NCBI RefSeq assembly: GCF_006345805.1
Contig: NC_043016.1
Location: forward strand, 16,244,001 to 16,308,000
DNA: 64,000 bases
From: Octopus sinensis
Taxonomy: Eukaryota
Reading direction: 5' to 3'
Shown here in pieces: positions 12,723 to 26,321 of this stretch. The position numbers and the translations under genes are program-made. Numbering within the stretch: position 1 is the stretch's first letter; each line of letters starts with the position of its first letter. The notes under the pieces are model-generated. The model was not told where the DNA came from. It did not search any database and saw only the letters and a list, made by a program, of their open reading frames with translations.

Positions 12723-14288
12723 TGTGGCTATATTAAAACAAAGACTGGAAATTATGGTATCTATTTTTAATTCTGTAATTACAACTATTTCATTACATGG
12801 GAAATATATTTTATGACAGTTCATAAAATGTATTCCCATGTTGTAATGAAACAACCGTAACTACAGAGTTAAAATAGCCCAAAATTCAAGTCTTTGTTTT
12901 AATATTAATGTACTTTACAACTAATATACTTGACTAAAAATTTCAACTAATATGTATGGTTTTCTCCTTAAAAATAAAACACCTAAATACATAGAAATGA
13001 TAACCTGAATCTGAGGATGTGCTTTATGAGGAATATAGACTAGATTTTAATGCCTTTTATATAGTAATATAGTATTTATGTAAACACCCATACCCACATG
13101 CATAATATATAAGGTCAGCACACATTTACAGATGCAAATCTTGGACACATCATTGCTGAGGTTACAGGGAGCTCCATGTCTTAAAACATACACTTTCATC
13201 CAGACGACTTGACCTTGGTGAAATAAGCCTGGACCCTATTTCCAGGGTGTAGGCTTGTTCAACCCCACTGATCACCTCTTCTCTCTCTCACACACACAAT
13301 GTATATGCTATATATTAATTACAATGTTACATCTAAATACATGGATATATGTATATATGTACATATATGTAAATACACACACAAGCACATATGTATTTAT
13401 ATATGCACAAGCCAGTGTGTGTGTATGTATATATACATATCAAACACGTGAATTACCTGTGTGTTTTTTTTCCTGACTCTTATTTTTTTTCCATTATTTC
13501 CACATTTTCCTCTTTGTGTCTGACAAAAGACTATATCTCAGACATTATACTTTTTATATTATTATTTTTCCTTTCGTCAGTCTAACGATATTAATTATAA
13601 ATGCACTTTTGTTGTTTTCTTGTCCTTTGTTATTGATTTGCTTCCTTCCCCCTCTCTCTATATAAACTTTGTTAGCTTAATTAACTTTTCTTCAGAAATC
13701 ATCTACCTATATTTGTATTCATACTCATACTGTATGGAGGGTTAAACCATAGTATTTTCTTATGTCTATATTTTTTTGGTTAACCTACATTTGGTCTGAT
13801 TTAAGTTATAATGTTCTTAAAATTGTATCTTTCTAATGTAACACGGGGCTGCCTTTATGGAAGTTGCTACATCAGAGGATAGGTTGGAAACATACCTACT
13901 TTTTAAACAGATCACTTGAAAATTCTTTCCACATAAAACCATTGGTAGCATTGTTAATCTACAAACAAAGAATATTTATCCACCAATTGCAGTGTTGAGT
14001 TCTTATTCTCCCAGTTCAATACTATGGTGTATATATATATATATATATCAATTTGACTTAGCGCCATATGATTTAAAATCTAATGGGTGTGTAGAATGAA
14101 ACCCATCTCATCAGACATTAGAAACTAAGAGTAACGGATTCTAGATGTTAGACGTCTGTTGGTCAGTTCCGACCATGCCATGCTGATACTCTACAAGCAA
14201 ACCATGTGACCTGAGCTGACAAACAGGGGCTCAACATCTAGAATCTGTTACTCTTCTTTTAATATCTTATGAGTGCCACTTTCTTTCA

Positions 14289-14294
14289 TTTATT
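14289..14294 (-). terminator. Candidate polyadenylation signal for the DELE1-like gene
   Basis: AATAAA on the minus strand about 100 nt after the stop codon. Inferred; no transcript data. Confidence 0.4.
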
Positions 14295-14396
14295 CACATG
14301 TGTGTATATATATATATATATATCCATATATCCACATATATATATTAGTATAAAAGCACATAAAAAAGACAAAAATCAAAATTTAACCGAGTCTGG

Positions 14397-14752
14397 TTAA
14401 GAACACAAAACAAAATCTGAAAAAGAAGCAGCGTTGGGTTTGTAAATGGAGACGCTGTTACAACAATGTGGAGCGTGGCGCAGATAGGAATCAAATTTCT
14501 CTTCAAGAGACTCATCGTTGTTATTCTTCAGTGGAGACTCTTCAGTTTTTGCAGTGTTCTTCAGGAATGACGATGATGATGATGATGATGCCGATGATGA
14601 TGCCGATGGTAATTCTGTTTCAGACAATGACATTGACTGGTTTGCTATGAATAGAGACCGATTCCATAATTCTGAGAAGAAAGGGTTTTCAGTTTCAGAA
14701 GAAGTGGAATTGATTGAGCTACTTGTCAGGATTTCTATGCTATCATCATCAT
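14397..14752 (-). CDS. DELE1: DELE1-like coding exon 9 (last), acidic/Ser-rich tail
   Basis: Acceptor TATTTCAG at 14753-14760. Its two leading nt (AT) complete the phase-1 G of exon 8. Reads DDDDSIEILTSSS...SDFVLCS-stop. Confidence 0.7.
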
Positions 14753-16120
14753 CTGAAATAATTAAAGAGAGAAGAGAGAGTGAGAAATATGGAATATAAG
14801 TGTTTAGGTGTATAATAGAGAGTTAGAAAGACAGGCCAGAGAAAATATGTGTGTATATATATTTATATACACACACACACATGTATATAAACAAAAATTC
14901 AGACGAAAATACACAATAACACTAAGCAAATTGTAATGTTTTTAGAGAAATTAAAATGATTAAACAAGTGTAATTTTTATTCAAATACTTCATTGAAATA
15001 TATCAGTGCTTTCTTCTCTGTGTGTGTGTGTGTGTATGTGTGCATATGTGTACGTATGGCTCACTTCTTGTGCTCGCACTGTTTCATCGATCAAAAAGAG
15101 GTGGAAACTTCAAAACTTCCATGCTTCCTGAGATTCGCCAACACTACACCTGATTTTCTCCCCTCCATACACACACAAGCATGTATCTGACTCATACATT
15201 GTTCGCTTTCCAGACATTTCTACATTACTGCATGTACTTTATATGCACTTTCTGACAAGTTGTGGTGCACCTGAGCACTGTATACAATAATTTCATTATT
15301 ATTCAGTGAAGGAGTTATTCACCTCAAGGATCTTGTATCAGTATGGGATCAAAGAACTGGCAGAAAGGTGCCTCCAGACAATCCAACACAGTGGCCTCTA
15401 CTCTGAATGCTAGACTGCTTTTGCTGTAACTTGAGGAGAATAAACCAAATAAGTTACCAAAATATTGACTCAATGTATTCAACTGTGAGGAATCCTGAAT
15501 TCAACCTGAGCCTGTTTACTTTTTACATTGTATGAAAGTATTTCTAGATTTAAGCAGAACAAAAAAGAGATAATTTGTAATTGCAGATTGAAAATTGAGA
15601 AGGCCAATAAATGTTGATGCTTCTTTGTGTCTATTCAAGAAATTTTGTCTTTCAGGAAGTTTTGCAGTAAATGTGAATAATAAATGCTTATTGTATACAT
15701 TTGTAACTTTGGCAAAAACTAAAGATGTGGTCACTTGAAAACTTTTAGATGATGTAACCTGTTTGTAAGATCATGGTCCCACGTATAAATTACGCATGTA
15801 ATTCACTAGTTTTTGAGACGTATAAATGTACAACGTTCATGAAATTATGGAGAGCATTTATTGTTGAAAATAACTTAATGTAGAATAATGAATTGACTGC
15901 GACAGATTCTGCCTGCCTACCCACCCACCCACCTACCCTAACTAGGAATATTAGGGTCTCATCCATTGTCTTATATTCAAGATCCTCTGCATGACATCCA
16001 TGTATTAAAAGTAATCAAACCTGTATAATATTTGAGGAATGATAAATATAATTTTCTTATTTTCTCGTTATTTTGGCATTCTTATTTACAACCTCATACT
16101 CTCATTGGCAACTTCCATCA

Positions 16121-16505
16121 TTCTTTTACTTGTTTCAGTCATTTGATTGTGGCCATGCTGGAGCACCGTCTTTAGTTAAACAAATTGACTCCAGGACTTA
16201 TTCTTTGTAAGCCTAGTACTTATTCTATCGGTCTCTTTTGCCAAACTGCTATGTTACATGGATGTAAAGACACCATTACTTGTTAAGCAATGGTGGAGGG
16301 ACAAACACAGACACACAAACATATACATACATAGATATATATGATGGGCTCCTTTCAGTTTCCACCTCCCAAATCCACTCACAAGGCTTTGGTTGGCCTG
16401 AGGCTATAGCAAAAGACACTTGCCCAAGGTGCCATGCAGAGGAACTGAACCTGGAATCATGTGGTTGAGAAGCAAGCTTCTTACCACACAGCCACTCCTG
16501 CACCT
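16121..16505 (-). mobile_element. tRNA-derived SINE, full composite copy
   Basis: A-box TGGCTGTGTGG, B-box-like GGTTCAGTTCC, CCTTGGGCAAGTG core, microsatellite and 3' module. Same structure as 46940-47327 and 50556-50962. Confidence 0.85.
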
Positions 16506-16646
16506 GTACAACTTCCAACTGGAAAAATCAAATATGCATGCTTACAGATCAAAATGTAATTAGAAAGTTTAGTAAAACACCTGTTGTCATTTTGAGTGCT
16601 ATAGTGTTGTTAAACAGACTAACAAACTGAACGTATTCATTATTAC

Positions 16647-16830
16647 CTGAATATTCTGAATATTCTGATTCACTGTCTTCTGACATAGACTCATCACTGA
16701 TCATAGCTTTAGCCTGCACATGACCCAGTTTAGCAGCCTCAGCGAACAGATTGGATGCTTTGTTTGGGCATTGTTCTATACCCAGGCCTTTTAGATAACA
16801 TAGTCCAAGGTAATATTTGGCATCAGGTTC
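16647..16830 (-). CDS. DELE1: DELE1-like coding exon 8 (SEL1 repeat)
   Basis: CAG acceptor, EPDAKYYLGLCYLKGLGIEQCPNKASNLFAEAAKLGH...SEYS, donor G|GTAATA (phase 1). Confidence 0.85.
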
Positions 16831-17119
16831 CTGAAATGAATGGTAAAAAAAAAAGGTAAAAAGATATTTCAACTGGTTAACATCATTTAGTTTCCATCCA
16901 TCCCTCATCTCCAACCACAATTTTTGAGAGGATCATTGGGGTAGAATACTCAGGTCCCCACCTCCACAGTGTTCTATCAGAAGCAATCGTCACTACCCGT
17001 TCTGGCTGGATTTCCAAGCAAGACTGAGACTATGGATATTATCCAATAATCTCACTCTTAAATTCTCCAAGCTAAGCGGAAGAGGCAGAGTTATTCCTCA
17101 AAATGAATACAGGCCCATG

Positions 17120-17800
17120 ATACCCTCAGGAAAATGGCCTTGTCAATATGTAGAAAAGGAGTTTGGTATAAAGTCCATACACTACGCTAAATGTAAGAAA
17201 TGGACAAAGAAGACATGCAGCAGAATCACAGGATGACCAACAGGGAACATAAGCTTTGTGTCTATGATAGATGCATTGGAGCAGCAGGTTCTATGGACAA
17301 GCCAGGAATATACACCCTTGACTACAAGGATGGTTCACTAGAAGGAGTCGACATCTTTTGCTACTTAGGAGATGTCATCATCAAAGGAAAGTGTCTGCTC
17401 TGAAAGCCCCTTCCCTTGCTGATTAACGAAAATAAGAAAGGGTTGGGAACGACTAGCACAGAATGAAAGGCAGATTGTACGAGGGCTGGGTTAGAAGTGC
17501 AATGCTGCATGGAAAGATTGGAAAGAAATGAAGCAAGCATGCTCTGTTGGATGTACGATAAAGTGTGAATGTGTTGAAAGACTGGACATAAGAGGGATCA
17601 GATGTAGTGCGTAAGAATGAAGACTATGTCTGTATGGTTATGTCTGTGGATGGATCATTAATCATGGAAGGAGTTTGTGGAAGAGAGAGATCCAGTGAGA
17701 CATGGGATGGAGCAGTGAACTTCAAGATGTTGAGCTCCACAGAGGAAATGACAGGGAATGGCAATATAGTGTGCTTGAGAAGACCTGTCCATTTTAGCAG
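17120..17800 (+). mobile_element. Decayed RTE LINE fragment including the PHD region
   Basis: PSGKWPCQ...KCKKWT, DIFCYLGDVI, then RT C-terminus. Confidence 0.7.
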
Positions 17801-19524
17801 AATTAAGGTTCTCAAGCCTTCCCCAACAACTCATTTCTTCCATCAAGCTTCTATGTTACCCTATTTCCTTCTTACACTCTCCCTCCACTAAACTGATATT
17901 CTCTGCAATCAACTTATCCCCTATTTCTAACCATCTGCCACAATATTTCCACTCTGAACATTCACCTCTCTCCTATTCTGTCTCTCATAATTCACCTTTG
18001 TACTTTGACCTCATCTCTTTCTCTCTCTCTCTCTCTCTCGCTTTCCAGGTAGGCAAGCCTTGTATTCACCTTTTTCAGCTCCTGCTTCCATTCATAATTT
18101 CTTATTCCTCAACAGTACACCACATTCGGTTGAGGGGTCGTGTCTTGTAGGTATTTGGTGACTTCACCAGTGCTGCTCCCACGTAAAAAGTGCCTCGGTA
18201 TACTCTATGAAATAGTTGACATTGGGAGGAGCATCCAGCCACAGAAACCAAACCCAAGCAGACAACTGAGGAGCTTGGAGCAGACAACTCTGGCTTGTCT
18301 CTTCATCCAACTCATGTCAGCTTGGAAAAGAAATGTTAAATGATGATGATGATGATTACGCAGAGCCACACATATCATTCAATGTTCTCTTTCCATGCTG
18401 CCATGGATTGGCTGTTTCCACAGGAATTGGCAAAGTCAGAAGACTGCACCAAGCTCTGCTGTCTCTTTTAGCATGGTTTCTATAGTTGGATGCCTTTCCT
18501 AATGCCAACCACTTTATAGAATGTACAGGAACCAACAGCAGCAAAGTCACTAAATATCCTGCAAGACAAAGACCCATCAATTGAGTGGGGAGCAGTACTG
18601 AGGGAGATGGCTTTGTGCCAAGGGATGAGAAACTAGAGTATAACTAGGGGGACAGAAATAGGTGTTTTGCTGTAGAAGTGATAGGCTACCCCTGTTGGAA
18701 AGAGCGAGAGAGGAGAGACGAAGAATGTATCTCAAGTTACAGAGACGGGTATATATAAGTGAAGTGATACAGAGGACTGGATAGGGTGAATGGGCAAGGA
18801 AATTTGCAAGAATGAGAAAGGATAGTGGGAGATGGATGGGAAAGTAATGCAGTGAGGGAACATAGGTAGATGGAAGTGGATGTTAAGAAGATACGTTTTG
18901 GGAAAAAGATTTGTTAGGGATGTGTATATAAGTATCATCATCATCATCATTTTAACATCCACCCTTCAATGTTTGCATGGGTCAGCTGTATGTTCTTCCT
19001 ATCAACAAACTTCACCTGTTTCCAAATAAGGTAATAGTTCCCCATGACCAGACCACTTGCATGATAGAGATATTCATTTATAGCTATCATCTGAAGTCAA
19101 AGCACAGAGACAGTAACACACGTACGTATATATGATGGGCTTCTTTCAGCTTCCATCAACCAAATTCACTCAAATGACTTTGGTCAGCCAAGGGCTATTA
19201 TAAAAGACACTTGCCCAAGGAGTTACGCAGTGGAACTGAACCCAAAACCACGTGGCTGAGAAGCAAGCTTATAACCATATAAGCAAAGACACACACACAC
19301 ACACACACACGCAGAGGCAACACTACCAGAGCTGGTGTCATGTAAAAATTCCCCAGTACACTCTGTAAAGTGGTTGGTTTAAGAAAGGATCCAGTCATAG
19401 AAACCATGCCATAACAGATAATTGGAGTCTGACGTAGCCTTCAGTCAAACCGTCCGACCCATGCCAGCATGGAAAACAGATGTTAAACGATGATGATTAT
19501 GACAATGATAGATATGAATCTAAC

Positions 19525-19614
19525 CTTCTGTTTGGCAGCTTCTGTAAACAATTGCACAGCTTGAGAGAAATCACTGCTTTCTTCAATATAATGAACTCCA
19601 AGATACGTCTTTGC
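19525..19614 (-). CDS. DELE1: DELE1-like coding exon 7 (SEL1 repeat)
   Basis: CAG|GCA...AAG|GTTAGA, 90 nt, phase 0/0. AKTYLGVHYIEESSDFSQAVQLFTEAAKQK. Not in the ORF track. Confidence 0.85.
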
Positions 19615-22539
19615 CTGAAAAGATAAGATCATTTAATGTATAATATGATACTTTAGACGAGGACGATAAAGAAGACGGGGAGAGAAGCGGATTCGTGAAC
19701 CTGTGGGTGGATTAAAAGTTGGTCGGTAGTTGTAGGGGGTGAGCTGAATTAATAATAGTCATAAATCAATTCTTTTATGTAACCTTAATACTTTTCTATA
19801 GCAAATGGTCATAACATGCATGATGTGTGTGCGTATGTGTGTGAGCGTGTACATGTGTGCATGTGTGTGAGTCCATTTGTTCAATGCTTACGTGGGTCAA
19901 CCAAAGTTATAGGTAGAGTTCCTATGGCTAGATGCTTTTCCTGTCACCAACCCTTGACTGTTTGCAAGCAAGGCTAGGGACATAGTCTCAAAGAATATTG
20001 GAAATGAATGACACTCATTTATGACTGTCCCATGATGTCAAGACAAAGAGACACTTGCACACACGCATCACTACTGGATATATTTCTTATTCATCACTGG
20101 TTGCAATATGCTTCCTAGCATTGTTGTCGCTATCCAATGATGCTACCCTCCTGACAAGGGGCGGGGGGGGGGGACACAGGCCAATGTCTCCCCGCCCCCA
20201 CAGAACAAAATACCAGTCCATTGCAAAGTTAACCATTTACAGCTGAGTGGACTGGGAAAATGTGAAATGGAGTGTTTTGCCCAAGAACACAATGTACTGC
20301 CTAACTAGAAATTGAATCCTTGATCTTGTTGTGAGTTCAACATGTTGACCACTGGGCCACACAACATCACACACAAATATATATAGAATTGCTCATAATT
20401 ATCAAAGGAAGAACTGAATAAAGTTAGCTTTTGTGATTTTTTTGCAAATAGTATAGTCATTATTTCCTTTATTAATAATAATCTTTCAATAAAAGTGTGA
20501 TGGAAAGGAGATAACTCCCTTTTAATTTTTCGAGGGGTCTTATGCTTTTACTTTCTCATTTTATCTCTATTTCTGTGTGTGTGTGTGTGTGTGCATGCAT
20601 TTTCTTTCAACCTATGTGAAGCAGTAATCTATTTGTGTTAACAGCAGCCAGGGTCATTTATTGCTTTTTTGCCTCCTTATGATTCTCTGCTTTGGTGTGG
20701 GTGTTGTGTATGCATTCCCTTATTATCTCCCTTGCTTCCCGTATCAAAAAGCACTGGCGTCAAAAAACTTGTTCAACGATGTCCAAAACAGCAGTGTCAC
20801 ATCAGCAGCGTCCAATTGTCCCAGTCTGTTGCCATCTCTCACCCCGCCGTATCGATCACCTCCTCCATCTGCCCTTCAACCCTTCCTCATCTTTTCAGAT
20901 GTTGCCTGCCTGCCCCTCTCCTCTGAAATTCTCCCATCTCTTGCACCCTCACCCACACACACCCTTGCAATCCCTTACCCTTTACACACTACTCACATCT
21001 CTGACCCCTCCCATTACTACAACTCTCACACCTATATGAACCACATGGACAACTCATCACCATTAATTATACCTTCAAAGACAAATAAAGGTTCATTCTG
21101 ACTTTCCCTTTCCTGAATGTGAATAGCAATGTGGCTCCACCTCTACATCAAGAACCTTCTTTACTCTAACTAGCATAAAAACGCCACCCCACCCTCCTTA
21201 GGTTTTCTAGACTTGTGAGGTACATGGCAACCTCACTAGGGCTGGTGCCACAAAAAAAAAAAAAACCCCAAAAGGCTAAAAAAGAAAAGCATCAGTCCAC
21301 ACAGTAAAGGGGTTGGTGTTAGGAAGGGCAGCATCCAACTTTATGAACCAAAACAGCCATTGCAGCATGAAGCAGACCTTAGATCCATCGGAACTTGTGA
21401 AACCCATGACAGCATGGAACTTGGATATTAAAAGATGTGTGTGTGTGTATGCATGCAATGTATGTATGTATATGGGTGTTGGTGTGGTTGAGTGGTAAGA
21501 GCTTTGCTCCCCCAACCACATGGCTTTGTGTTCAATTTCACTACACAGCACCTTGGGTAAGTGTCTTCTCCTATTGCCTTAGGCTGACCAAGCCTTGTGA
21601 GTGGTTTTGGCAGAGGGAAATTGAAAGAAACCCATTGTATATGTAAATCTATGTATGTAAATATATGTGTGTGTATATACATACATACACACACACACGT
21701 GTCTGTCTCACAATCTATCTATCTACTTGTCTGCCTGTCTCTCTCTCTCTCTCTCTATCTATCTACCTACCTATCTACATATATAATACTGAACTGCTAA
21801 TTCCTACACATTCTTTTCTCTTCCTGTTTCTTTTTCATTCACTCTACTTTTTTTTCCTCTCAATCTTTTCTGTCAAAGACTTTTCCATTCTTCCCAAGCG
21901 CTAAACTAATACACCTGCTTGTTCCTCCACCTCTCTTTGTCTTTTGTTTTCTGTAGATTTGAACAATATACACACACACACACACATATATATATCATCA
22001 TCATCATCGTTTAACATCCGCTTTCCATGTTAGCATGGGTTGGACGATTTTGACTGAGGGCTGGCGAACCAGATGTCTGCACCAGGCTCCAATCTTGATT
22101 TGGCAGAGTTTCTACAGCTGGATGCCCTTCCTAACGCCAACCACTATGAGAGTGTAGTGAGTGCTTTTTACATGCCACTGGCACGGGGGCCAGTCAGGCG
22201 GTACTGGCAACGACCTTGCTCGAATCCTTTTACACATGCCACCAGCACAGGTGCCAGTAAGGCGATGCTGGTAAAGATCACGCTTGAATGGTGACTACGT
22301 CAGTGCTGGTGCTACGTAAAAGGTACCCAGTCCACTTTGTAAAGTGGTTGGTGTAAGAAAGGGCATCCAACAGTAGAAGCCTTGCCAAAGCACTCACTTG
22401 ACCATGATGCAGTCCTTGGACACACTGAATCCTGTCAACCCATCCAACATGGATGTTTAATGATGGTGATGATGATGATTATGATTATTCCATACAAAGT
22501 TGTAATAGCACCATTTTCAAATGCAAAAAGACTTCTTAC

Positions 22540-22698
22540 CAATGGATATCCAAGGTCAGCAGCTTTGAGTAATAGCTTAATAGCTTCAGACTTTCCCTGA
22601 CTTTTGTTAGCAACTTCTCCATGCAAGTATAGTAGAGCCAGGTTAAATAGTGCCCCGCAATGGTCCTGATCAGCAGCATTTGTATAATATTTCACAGC
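22540..22698 (-). CDS. DELE1: DELE1-like coding exon 6 (SEL1 repeat)
   Basis: TTCCAG|GCT...TTG|GTAAGA, 159 nt. AVKYYTNAADQDHCGALFNLALLYLHG...LLKAADLGYPL. Confidence 0.88.
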
Positions 22699-22789
22699 CT
22701 GGAATTGAATTTAAGTAGAAAGAAATGAAAGCAAAAATGAAACAAATCAGCCGCGTACTGCTCCAGCAATTTTTAATGTTCATCTGCCT

Positions 22790-23060
22790 CTTCATTGATT
22801 TATAGAAAACTGGGATCATTACATCTGTATTAAAAGGTCCAAGAGTGAATGGCTGAAAATTCCTAACATTTGCTCTCCTGATTTAAAACCCCTGGATTTC
22901 TATGTGTAGGGCATTATGGAGAGGGAAACCTATAAGCATGCCCAGATTCTATAGAGTCTGTAGCATAGAATCTAACGAGCTGTCCACAAGGCTTTGGCGC
23001 TCATGGAGATGAAAACTTTGGTAACTCTATGTCTAAAATTTAAATTTTTGTTGTAACAAT
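22790..23060 (+). mobile_element. Tc1/mariner transposase C-terminal relic
   Basis: SPDLKPLDFYV*GIMERET resembles the SPDLNPLD motif. Confidence 0.55.
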
Positions 23061-23525
23061 TACTGGTCTATTCTTTAGAGTATACTTTTTGCTGATATAT
23101 GCTTTATTAATTAACTATATACATACACATGCATATATGCACATAGAATACATACATTATATATATATATCATCACCATTTAATGTCCGTTCTTCATGCT
23201 GGAATGGCTTAGACAGTTTAATTGGAGTTGATGAGCTGCACCAGGTTCCAGTCTGGTTTGCCATATTTTCTACAGTTGGATGCCATGCCAAACCAGACTG
23301 GAACCTAGTGCAGCTCTCCGGCTCAGGAAGAGCATATTTGGCATTAGGAAGGGCATCCAGCTGTAGAAACTCTGCTAGATCAGATTGGAGCCTGGTGCAG
23401 CCATCTGGTTCACCAGTCCCCAGTCAAACCGTCCAACCCATGCTAGCATGGAAAGCAGACCTTAAATGATGATGTTGATGATATATGTGTGTGTGTGTGT
23501 GTGTGTATATATATACACATACATA

Positions 23526-24165
23526 CACTACTGTGCAAAAGTTTTCGGCCACCTCACCTAAACCAATCAAGATATAGTACTTTAAAACAGAAAAATGCCT
23601 ATAATGAACATTTATTACATAATGTTCTTTTCAAGAAGTTACTGTACATTGTTAATATTCCGTGTGGCTTCCCTTAGTGTGAATAATTGCTTCAATGCAC
23701 CTGGGAAGAGTTGTGTACAAATCCTTCACCATCTTCACAGGTATGAAATACCATTCTCTGTGGCTAAATCCCACAACTCTTCAAGATTTGCGTTGATTCT
23801 TCTGATGAACTCTTCTCTTTAATTCTGTCCACATTTCCTCAATGATATATTCAAGTCAGGGCTCTGAACTGGCCAATCTTTCAATACAATGATACCTTCA
23901 TCAGCCAGACTCTGTTGTGTTGCATCTGCGATCTGTGGCAAGGAGTTCTGTCATGTGAAAAATCTCACCTTCATCCAAGTCTGGTACCAAATTGTCCTTC
24001 AACAACTTGATGTATTTGGCACTATTCAAGTTACTGTCAATTTTAACCAATCTCCTTGAACCATCACTTATTATGTATCCCCAAAGCATCAGACCCTTAC
24101 CCCCAAACTTCACTGTTTTTGCAGGTTGTTTTGCTTTTCTGGAGGCCTTCTGACAAGTTCTCGCT
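23526..24165 (-). mobile_element. Tc1 transposon fragment
   Basis: KFGGKGLMLWG...YIKLLKDNL...IFH. TA followed by a Tc1-like TIR CACTACTGTGCAAAAGTTT at 23526. Confidence 0.8.
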
Positions 24166-24351
24166 AATTATGCCACAGCATAGAAACATGTTAACTGATG
24201 AAGATCATAATTCAATTATTTACATCTATGACTAAATAGAATTTTTCCAATTGAAGTAGCCATGTATCTCCTCTACAGCAAGACAATGATGATGTGAGGA
24301 TGTGAGAGAATTAAAAAAAAAAGAGAAGAAAACAAAGTCCATTTAACTAAC

Positions 24352-24593
24352 CTTTTGATATTTCTCTCAACACCAGTTCCTTGATCGTAACACAAACCCA
24401 AGTTGAAACTTGACTTTGAGTGTCCAAGTTCTGCAGACTGCTTCCAGTAATCAACAGCTTTAGAATAATCTCCCGTATTGGCAGCTTTCACTCCATTCAT
24501 GTACTTGTCCACACCAATCAACATGTTCTCAGTCAATTCCTTTATTTCTTGGGTAGCATTTTCTAAGTCTTGCTTGTTCTTCAAATCAACATC
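24352..24593 (-). CDS. DELE1: DELE1-like coding exon 5 (first SEL1 repeat); 3' boundary uncertain
   Basis: TGCAG|GAT...; GDYSKAVDYWKQSAELGHSKSSFNLGLCYDQGTGVERNIK. The AG|GTTAGT donor gives phase 2 but exon 6 needs phase 0 (see findings). Confidence 0.85.
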
Positions 24594-25225
24594 CTGCAGA
24601 TATTTAAATAAAATGGTAATTATAACAACTCTTAAATGTTTCAAATACAATTTGTGATTGAAAATATTATTTTCTTTTGTGAAATTATAATCATTCTTTT
24701 GTCTAGAATATTAGTATGGAATTATATGGAAGTTTTCCCTTCCTGACAACATGGAAAGGGATTTCTTCAAAGCAGTAATTATTATTATTATTATTATTAC
24801 TGTGTTGTGGATCTCAAAGTATATAACATTATAAATAATAGCCTTGAAAATGCTTGGTTGAGAAACCTTTTTGGATAGAAAAAGTCAAAGGCTGTCCATG
24901 GGATTTGAACCCACATCTACTGTAGACATGACAGATGTTCTACTATTGGACCAAAGTCAATCCTTTGAATTTCTTTCTATATTTTAGAAACCTTATTCTA
25001 TACGAGAATGTGAAATAATTCTTTTTTTGGAATAATATATTTTGAAGCACATACATTATATTTTATAAATATTAAACTGAAAAAAAACCCTTTTGTATAG
25101 AAAATGGTCAACAACTGCCTTTGGGACTTGAACTTGAATCTTCTGTGATTTTTAGTTCTTTAAAATAAAACAAAACCTAAAGCAAGAACACAAGAACATA
25201 AAAACAAAAGGAAATGGTAACTCAC

Positions 25226-25396
25226 ATCTTCCTCTGCGGTATTTACCACTGATCTCTTCTGGGTGGAATCAAAGATTGCTGCTTGGTTAAAGGGGAAGAC
25301 AAAGGTTAGATACTTTAGCAAAGATTGTTTGCTGAAGGTATCATGGTACTTGAGGTACTGTTGATTGATATGTAGACCAAGGATTACAATGGTACC
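25226..25396 (-). CDS. DELE1: DELE1-like coding exon 4
   Basis: ACAG|GGT...GAT|GTGAGT, 171 nt. GTIVILGLHINQQYL resembles the GTLAVLALQL segment I recall from human DELE1. Confidence 0.8.
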
Positions 25397-26134
25397 CTGT
25401 GTGAGAAATAAAAAACATTGTGAAACAGTAAAGACTCTCTTAATTATGCATTCAACCCTTCAACATACAAATTACTCTATACATACATACATACACACAC
25501 ACACACATATATATATCATCATCATCATTACTCTATGAAATGTAATGCTTATCTATTCAAGTTGCTTCGAATTAATCATGCTTTATTTTGTAGCTGTGAG
25601 CTTTTAATGATGCGATTGTTTAATTTTAAGAATGTCATTGTAGGGTAGGTGTAAGAGGTCAGATATGGCCAGTTTGACCCTAAAATGAACAGGATAACTG
25701 GGCCAGAAATTTTTATGCTAAAAACAACTGACATTGTAGGGTAGGCATGAAAGGCTGGATCTGGTCAGTTTGAACATAAAGCTGAGTCAAGGGTTAGGGT
25801 TAGGATACTTGGGCTGGATATGGTCAGTTTAAATGGCCAAAGAGTCGAAGGTGAAACAATGATTATGTGAGGTTAATCCACTGGATCACCTTGTTATAGA
25901 TCATATCTCATTTAAAACAACCACAACACCAGCAACAACTATTTGTACCATAACAAACCACTACGCTACAACCACCACCACCACCACCCCTTTAATACAC
26001 AACAATTACTACAGTCATTGCTGCAGTAATCATCCTCTCTCTCTCTCTCTCCTGAAAGTGAGTAACCATGTAGTTCTTCTACAAGAACCTGGCTGCACCC
26101 CAAAACCCTTCCCTCCTCTCCTCATACTCTATAC

Positions 26135-26197
26135 CAGTGGTTCCCAACCGGGGGTTTGCAAAGGTAGTACTGGGGGTCTGTGAACTAAATTTAAAAT

Positions 26198-26232
<35 letters not shown>

Positions 26233-26321
26233 ACACACACACACATACACATACATAAGGTTAAACATATTAAAGGGGTCCAGGGGAAAGCTTATTGAAA
26301 TAAAAGGGTTGCGAACCACTG
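26135..26321. mobile_element. hAT (Charlie-type) MITE
   Basis: TIRs CAGTGGTTCCCAACC / GGTTGCGAACCACTG with a perfect 8-bp TSD CTCTATAC. Confidence 0.9.

Noticed and set aside
14095-14120. Hammerhead at minus-strand CTGATGAGATGG
   Set aside because: No GAAA box follows a plausible stem II.
14518-14799. Plus-strand poly-Asp ORF
   Set aside because: It is the antisense shadow of the Ser-rich last DELE1 exon.
15520-15758. Extra DELE1 exon from ORF 15516-15734
   Set aside because: The best acceptor is phase 0 and the best donor phase 2. Neither fits the phase-1 exon 8/9 junction, which already joins cleanly, and the peptide has no recognisable features. A rare alternative exon cannot be excluded.
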